64,000 nucleotides of DNA from Flectonema sp. DT1601 (taxonomy: Eukaryota), in NCBI GenBank assembly GCA_964019425.1, contig OZ025797.1, positions 806,001-870,000 of the forward strand. Reading direction: 5' to 3'. Below are positions 52,901-61,900 of this stretch, in pieces (within the stretch, counting starts at the first letter, position 1; every line of letters begins with the position of its first letter). Made by a program: the position numbers and the translations under genes. The notes under the pieces are model-generated. The model saw nothing but the letters and a program-made list of their open reading frames with translations, had not been told where the DNA came from and did not search any database.

Positions 52901-55900
52901 AACAGAGCGATAGTTGACAGCACATTCGTTACAGTCGGCTCCTGAAAAGATTCCTCGGCACTGATTACAATCAGATCCAGTCCAATTATTTCTACAATCA
53001 CAAACACAACGTTGGTTATTTTGATGAGGAGTAACTGAGATCGCATGATTACTACAATGAGATGATATATCACATCGAATACAGTTGGGATACTTAATAT
53101 GTCCTTCAGCACAACTATCACATAATTGATCTTCATAGTTTGAAGGACAGACAGAACAATCACTTCCAGTCCATTCTGATTTACATTCACACTGACAGCT
53201 TCTTCTTCCTTCATCTGTTACTCGCCTTGCATTACCACTACAGTGAACAGTGTTTTCACACTTTGTACAAGATGGATAATTTATATACCCAGCAGCACAT
53301 TCATTACAACCTGACTCCTCAGAATATTGTTGAGGACAACTAGCACACTGTGTTCCTGTCCAAGAATCTTTACAACTACAAACACATCTCTTTAAGTTAA
53401 AGTTTGATGTAACAGCTGTGGCGTGACCAGAACAATGAACCCACTCGTCACACTGTTCACAGTCAGGGTAATTAATATAACCTACACTACATTCACCACA
53501 GTTTAATAGTGAGTCAAAGTTGTGTGGACAGACACTACAAGAAGGACCTGTCCATTTATTAACACAAGTACAATGACAACCAGTCCTGTGTGTATTATGT
53601 GTAACAATTGAAGCATGACTAGAACAGTGTTCCTCATTAGTACAAAGTGGACATCCGTTTAAGTAATCATAGTGACCGTCAGAACAGACGTTGCAGCTAG
53701 AACCTGAGAATTCAGATGGGCAGATTTCACAATTATCACCCTGCCACTGATGTGAACACTCACAGATACAATTATTCTTCCCACTGTCAGTCACCACAGT
53801 AACTGCTCTTCCACTGCAATGATTGTTGCTGGTGCATTCAGTACATGTTGGGTAGTTAATATAACCAACTGAACAACTGTTGCAATCACCAGCATATTTA
53901 ATGTCACAATTCTCACACTGAGATCCATAATATTGATGTCTACAATCACAAATACATTCACTTCTATCATTTATTGATTGAATATCAACTCCCAGGATTG
54001 CATTATTACTACAGTGAGTAGAGGATTCACACTTCACACATTCATTAGATGAAGAAGTGATGTATTTATTATCACAAAGGTCACAAGTAGCTCCAGTGTA
54101 GCCAGGTTTACAACTGCAGTCGCACGTTTGGAAATTTATAGAATTCGTAACTTGCAGAGCGTTTCCATTACAGTGAGTTGTGATGTCACATCTTTCACAT
54201 AAATATGAATCTACTATGTGGATGTAGTTCGTAGCACACTCACGGCAATCAGAAGCGATGCCGTACATTGAATTACAAGTTTCACAATTATCACCAGTCC
54301 AGTAGTTTCTACAAGAGCACTCACATGTTGCTCTGGTTGAATCTGCTCCTACAGAGTTCGCGTGATTACTACAGTCTGTTTGAATAGAACATTGATAAGA
54401 ACAATCAGGGTATCCAATATGCATTGGACCACACTTCTCGCAGTCTACTCCACCGAAATTTGTGGGACAATGTCCGCATGAGCGTCCTTTCCATCCATTG
54501 CGACAGGTGCAATCACATTCTGAATTTTGCATATTCGCAATTACTTGATCAGCGTGACCACTACAATGATCATCTGTGGTACATTCATTACAAATCGGTG
54601 GGTTTATTGCTAAGTCTGAACATCCCAGACAGTCATTTGTGACATCGAAATTATCGGAACAAACATCACAGACGTCACCATGCCAATGATTTCTACAATC
54701 ACATAAACAGAGAGTATGATGGTCATTACTCGTTACAACATTAGCATTAGATGAACAGTGATCTACATTTGTACAGCGTTCACAGTTAGGATAGTTTATG
54801 TATCCTAAAGCACATGTGTTACAGTCAGAACCACTGTAGCGGATGTCACAAAGCTCGCAGTTAGTTCCATGCCATTGGTGTCTGCAGGTACAAATGCAAC
54901 TACTGTGTGAAGCACTGCTTGTAACCGAATGAGCGTGTCCACGACAGTGTCTTGTCATGTCACAAGTTTCACAAGTTGATGAAAAACAGCCTTCAGAGCA
55001 CTCAGTGCAGTCAGAAGAGATATCAAAGTTTGATGGACAAGTACAAGAAGGCTGAGAGTACCGATTACGACATTCACAAATACATTTATCTCTTGATGAC
55101 GTTGATGACGTAGATATTCCATTTCCGTTACAATGATCAACTCCATTACACTTCGTACAACTCGGAGGTGATCCAATATAACCATCAGCACACTTATTAC
55201 AATTAGAAGAACTGTCATACTTTACATCACATGTTTGACAATTATCTCCAGACCAATAATTATTACACGAACAGGTACACACTTCACCATCACTACTGGT
55301 ACTCGCTGTAGCATGTCCAGAACAGTGAGTGTCAATATTACATTGTGAGCATAATGGATAGTTAATATAACCTATTGCGCATTGTTCACATTCAACTCCA
55401 GTAAAAGCAGCCTTACATTGACATGTACACGTCTGTTTGTTCGGAGCAGAGTTTGTTGATAGAGCGTTTCCGTTACAATCAGTGAGAATGTTACAACTTC
55501 TACAAGTTGGATAATTAATTCTATCTGTTGAACATGAATCACAATTTGATCCGTCGTATTTATGAGGACATAATTCACACTTTGAACCAATCCATTGATT
55601 ATCACAAGTACAAACACAATTACTGTTTGAGAAATCACTTGTTACATCAGTACTATGACCAGAACAATCATTATCATGACTACATTTAATACAATCAGGG
55701 AATGATATATATCCAGAAGCACATTGTGATACTGGACCTGATCCAGAGCAATCAAATTGAGGAAGGCAAAGTAAACAGTCGGGAGGGAGGTATCCGTAGT
55801 GACAATCGCACAGACAGTTTCGTTGTAAGACATCTGTCAAAACTGTTTCAGCCCTGCTGTTGCAATCACCTTCATTAGTACATAAAGTACAGTCTGGATA

Positions 55901-58900
55901 ATTGATACGAAGATCTGAACACCTTGCACAGTCTCTTCCACCATCGTATTCTTCAGGACAAGTAGAGCAGTCTGACTGATCCCACTGACTTCTACAATTA
56001 CAACCACAAGAATCAGTTTCTCTATTTACAAAAACTACTCCATTAGAACTACAATGAGAATCTGATAAACATAAAACACTACAGTCTGGGTAGTGTACAT
56101 ATCCACTAGCACATTTATCACAGATGTCAACTTCATTATTTTCAAGAGAGACTTCCCTTAAGAAGTTATCAGGACAGATATTACAAGAGGTTCCAATAAA
56201 GTTACCGGTACAAAAACAAACACATTCCGTGTTGTCATGATTTGATGTGACGAATGTTGCTTGTCCGTTGCAGTCTTTTTCAATCGTACATTCAATACAG
56301 GTTTGTGATACTGGTCCACATGATTGGTGAGTGGCCATTACAACAAAAGGTGTAAAACTGATTGGTGGTCCAAGAAAGAAAGATGGAAAGATAGGAGAGG
56401 CAGATTGCCATATGTAACCTGGGAAGCATTCTTCACAAGAAGATCCCGTATACCCAGTACGACAAGTACAAAGACACTCCGTGTTATCAGGTGATGATGT
56501 TACTGCTGAAGCTCTACCAGAACAATGAACAGCAGAATTACAAACATTACAAAAAGGATAATTTATATATCCTGACTTGCATACGTCACACGATCCAGTT
56601 AATGAAATATCATATTTATTATCACATCTCTCACACTTTGATCCACTCCAAGAATCTAAACAGCTGCAGCGACACTTCGTTGGTTTTCCAATTTCATAGT
56701 TTGAGCAGTGCGGTTGTTTCTTTGCTAAAGTACAGCTACTTCCAGTACCACCACACACCACATACTCACCAGTAGCTACAATGATGTATCTAGCATAGCA
56801 AGGATAGAATAACCCACTGTAGTCTGGTGTTACATTACCTGAAGGTGTAAATCTCAGAGAATGTGGAGTACAGGATGTCGGTCCTGGTAATACTAAACTA
56901 ATTAAACAATCATCAGTAATAACTCTTGAAGCATGACCACTACAATGAGTATCAATATCACACTCTGTACATGTTGGATAGTTTATCCTGTTACTTGCAC
57001 AAGCAGCACAGCTATTTTGATTAAACTTTTCATTGCACAGATGGCAGTGTTGTCCGTTCCATTTATACTCACACTGCGTGCAGGTACACTCTGTAGCGCC
57101 TGCAACAATAGAAGTCGGTACATTTACAGCTCTGCCATTACAGTGATCTTCACTAGTACAATGTTCACATCGTGGGTAGTCTATTCTGTTTAATGAACAC
57201 TCGTTGCAGTTTGACCCTCCGAATCTCGCTGGGCAGACATCACAAAAGTCACCTGACCATTGTGTACCAGCCTTACAAATGCAAGTGCAGGTTACACCGT
57301 TACTTGAAACGTGGTCTGCGTTGTTATTGCAATCAGAGTCAGTACACATTCTACAAGTTGGATATTGAACGTAACCAACATTACAAGATGAGCAATCAGC
57401 AGAAGCAAGAAATTGAGAAGGACAGCTATCACAAGTAGCACCTGTCCACTTACTTCTACAGTCACAATCACAACGTAACCTATCAACAGATGATGTTACT
57501 AACATACTGTGAGAGTTACAGTGTGTTGTGTCTGTACATCTCTCACAATCTGGTCCGTAATAACCAGCAGCACAAGTATCACATTCAGGGGAACGCCAAT
57601 TATCAGGACACTGACCACAGTTTAGACCAGTCCAGTGATTAGCACACTCACACACACATAATATATTATTATCATTACTCGTAACAGAGATAGCATGTCC
57701 ATTACAGTGAGTATCAACAATACATTCTGTACAGCTAACAAGTGGTATCGAATTGTAATTAATGAATCCGACTGTACATTTATTACAATTATCACCAGTG
57801 AATGGAGACTCACATGTTTCACAACGATCACCTGACCATCCATTAGAACAAGTGCAAAGACACTCTTGTCTGTGAGGCTCACTTGACACTACTGCAGAAG
57901 CATGTCCACTACAGTGAGAAGTGATTGAGCAAAGAGAACAGGTTGGCCATGAAACATAATTTTGACTACAACGCTGACATGAAGAACCCATAAATCCTAC
58001 CTGACAAGAACAGGAACACGTTGACTTGTCTGAAGATGATGTTACTGTGATTGCTTTACCATTACAATTATCATAAGAAGTACATTGTGAACACTCTGGG
58101 TATCTTATATATCCGACTGCACAACTTCCACAGTCAGCTGATCTACTAAAACGTGAAGGGCATCTGTGACAGTCAGTTCCTGTCCATTGGTTCTTACAGT
58201 CACAAACACATTGTAATTGATTAGCACTTGGTCTTACAGTAGTAGCGTGGTTAGAACAGTGCTCTGATAAGCTACACCTCTCACAAGAAGAACTTTCTTT
58301 TACAAACCCAGAGGCGCATTGGTTGCAAGTTTCTCCACTCCAACCTACTTCACAGGAGCACGAACAATGAAGTTCCGCACCATCACTGACACACGTGTGA
58401 GCGTTTCCACTGCAGTGGGTTTGAATATGACAAGGAGTACAGGTTGGGTAATTTATTCTATTTTGACTACATCGATCACATGTTTGTTGATCGTACTGCT
58501 CACTACAAATATCACAAGTATCACCTTCCCATTGATCACTACAACTACAGACACATTCATCTTGATTCACATTAGGGATAACACTTTCTGCATTACCAGA
58601 GCAATGCCTGCCGACTGTACATTCTGTGCAGGTTGGATAGTTAATTCTTGTTGAAGTACATTCATCACATGTTCCAATGAAGAGATTGTTATTACAGTTC
58701 TGACAGTTGTCACCTGTCCAGCTGTCAGCGCAGGTACAAAGACAACGCTCTTTATCAGATGTAACTTCAGTAGCATGACTAGAACAGTGATCAGATAAAG
58801 TGCATAGTTCACAATAAGGATAAGTATGATATCCCACAGAACATTTATTACAATCACTGCCTGAGTAGTTTGGTGGACATGTCTGACACTGATCACCAGT

Positions 58901-61900
58901 CCAATTGTGTCTGCAGCTACAGTCACACTTCGACTTATCAGTCGATGAAGTGACTGAAGTAGCATGGTGATTACAGTGACTTAATAAACATTCTCCACAA
59001 GAAGGAGGATCACCAAAATATCCAACAGCACATTCATTACAATCACTACCTGCATATTGAACTGGACAGGTAGCACAAGTCGCACCACTCCATTGTTCGC
59101 TGCAGGTGCAAACGCAGTTTTCATGTTGTGAATCCGCCACAACAGAATCTGAATGACCAGAACAATGTTGAATACTATTACAAGTTACAATACACCCTTC
59201 TGTGTATTTTATTCTATCTCCAGAACATTTGTTGCATGTCGATCCAGAAAACTGTTCCGGACATACGCTGCAGTCAGTTTCCGTCCACTGGTTGTTGCAA
59301 ATGCAACTGCACGAAGAGAGTGAAGCAGCGACATTTATGTGACCGTTGTTGTTGCAGTCAGAGTTTCTACAACGCCAACATGTTGGATAATCGATGTAGC
59401 CAGGAGCACATTCAGAACATTCTTGAGAGGAGTCGTATCTTCTTGGACATCTCGAGCAGTCAGATCCACGCCATTGATTATCGCAGTCACATTTACATCT
59501 ACTTCTTTGAGGATTAGAGAAAGCTCTTCCATGACTGTTACAGTCTCCTGATGAAACACATTGTCTACATTCTGGGTAATTAATACTCCCATCAGAACAC
59601 TTTCCACAATTTTGTTCCTCATCATATTTTTCATCACATAAAGAACAGTCAGTACCATGCCACTGGTTTAAACAAGTACATACACACATTGTGTTTCCGG
59701 TGTTCGATGTTGAAGATTCTGCATTTCCTGAGCAGTGTTCCGTTGTGCTGCATTGTATGCAGTCAGGGTAGTTAATATATCCAGTTGAGCATTTATCACA
59801 TTGGCCTGTAGTGGTTGAAATTACGAAATTCTCCGGGCAAATTCCACAATCATCTCCCGACCATGAAAACAAACATTCTCCACAAACACATTCACTGTGA
59901 GTGTCATCCGTTGATACGGATTCAGCGTGATTTGAACAATCATCAGCAACAGTGCACTGCCTTGGATTGCTGTGGCAATTGATATACCCCACTGCACATA
60001 ATGTGCAGTCAGAATCTCTTTTAAATTGAATAGGACAGGTCTGACAATTAGAACCAGTCCATTCATTATTACAATCACATAAACAGGCCGTGTTTCTATC
60101 ATTTGATGTAACCCTGACGGAGCGACTGTTACAGTCAACTGAGTCAGAACATTGTCTACAAGTTGGATAATTAATAAAACCGATTGCACACTTATTACAG
60201 TCGGGGTATCTTGAGTACTTACTATCACAAGAATCACATAACCCAGACGTAGAGTGAAACCATTGGTTTCGACATCTACAAGTACAAGAAGTTCTTAATG
60301 GATTACTTGAGATACTACCAGCAACAGCATGTGGGCAATCTGTTAATGAACACACACGGCAATTAGGATATCCAACATAACCTAATGCACACATGTTACA
60401 ATTATCACCAACGTATCCAGGAATACAATCACATAGACATTTACTATTATCATGATTAGTGTAACTTCTAATACTATTTCCTGAACAATGTTGATCAACA
60501 TCACACAACACACAGTTAGGTTTCACGTAATCAGTTGCACAGTGAGTACATCCTGTTGTTGAATCAAACTTTACTGGACATTCAGAACAGTCAAGTCCGT
60601 AGAAGTTGGCTCTACAGCTACAAACACATTTAACTCTGTTGGTATCTGATGACACTGCGACAGCGTTAATAAAACCTGTACAAGAATTCTCAACAGTACA
60701 CTGATGACAGTTTGGAGGTATTCCAATGTGAACAGCAGCGCAGGTATCACAATCCCCACCTCCATATTGAGGAGGGCAGGTTGAGCATTTCGGTCCAGAG
60801 AATTGGTTACGACAAGTACAAACACAACTGCTGTGAGCTGCATTGGAAGTAACAGTTGTCGCGTGAGAGTTACAATGATCATCAACATTACATTCACCAC
60901 ATTGAGGAAATGATCCAATAAAACCTGTTGAACACTCTCCACAATCCGCAGACTCGTCAAATCGATTAGGACAAGTTGAACAGATGACACCATTCCACTG
61001 ATTCCGACAGTCACAAACACACTCCGTACGATTTTCATTACTCGTAACAGAATCCGCATTCCCTGAGCAGTGAGTACTCACACTGCACTGAACACATTCT
61101 GGAAAGCCAATTCTCCCCCTGCTACACTCACCACAATCATTTGTGTACTTCTCGTCACATGTGTCGCAGGTAGGTCCTTTCCATTTATTTCTACAGGTAC
61201 ACAAACAGGTTGTTTGTTCTTGATCTGATGATACAGAGATAGCACCAACACCACCATGAGTAGATAATAAACATTCAATGCAATCTGTTCCAACGTGATT
61301 AGGTGAACACTTACTGCAACCGCCGTCTGAATTCAGTTCCGCTGCTATGAAATTGTCGGAACAAGTTGCGCAATCTAATCCACTCCAATTATTTATGCAA
61401 TCACAAGTACACTCTGTATGTTGGTAATTTGATGTTGAGTAAGACGCATGTCCATTGCAGTGAATACTGACGTCACAAACTTCATTGCAGTCGTCGCCTA
61501 TGCGACCGTCAGCACAAATGTCACAATTTCCGACTGTTTGTGAATATCTGTCGGGGCAGACTTCACAGGTGTCTCCGATCCAATTTCCTTCACAAGTGCA
61601 AATACATTTCTCAAGATTGGAATCACTCATAACAGAAATAGTACTAACACCACAATGAACAGTGATGTCACATTGTACACATTGAGGGTAGTTGATATGT
61701 CCTTCTGAACAACTACCACAATTATCACCACTAAAGTTATCTTTACAACGACAAGCACATGTCTCATCATAATTAGTAGAATCCGGATATGCTGAAGGTA
61801 GTACTTTGTATCTTTGAATACCATCAGTAAATAATTGAGTTCTAACCGACACACATGATGAGTGTAAATTACATCTCATATACGACCCAGTTAGTTGTAA

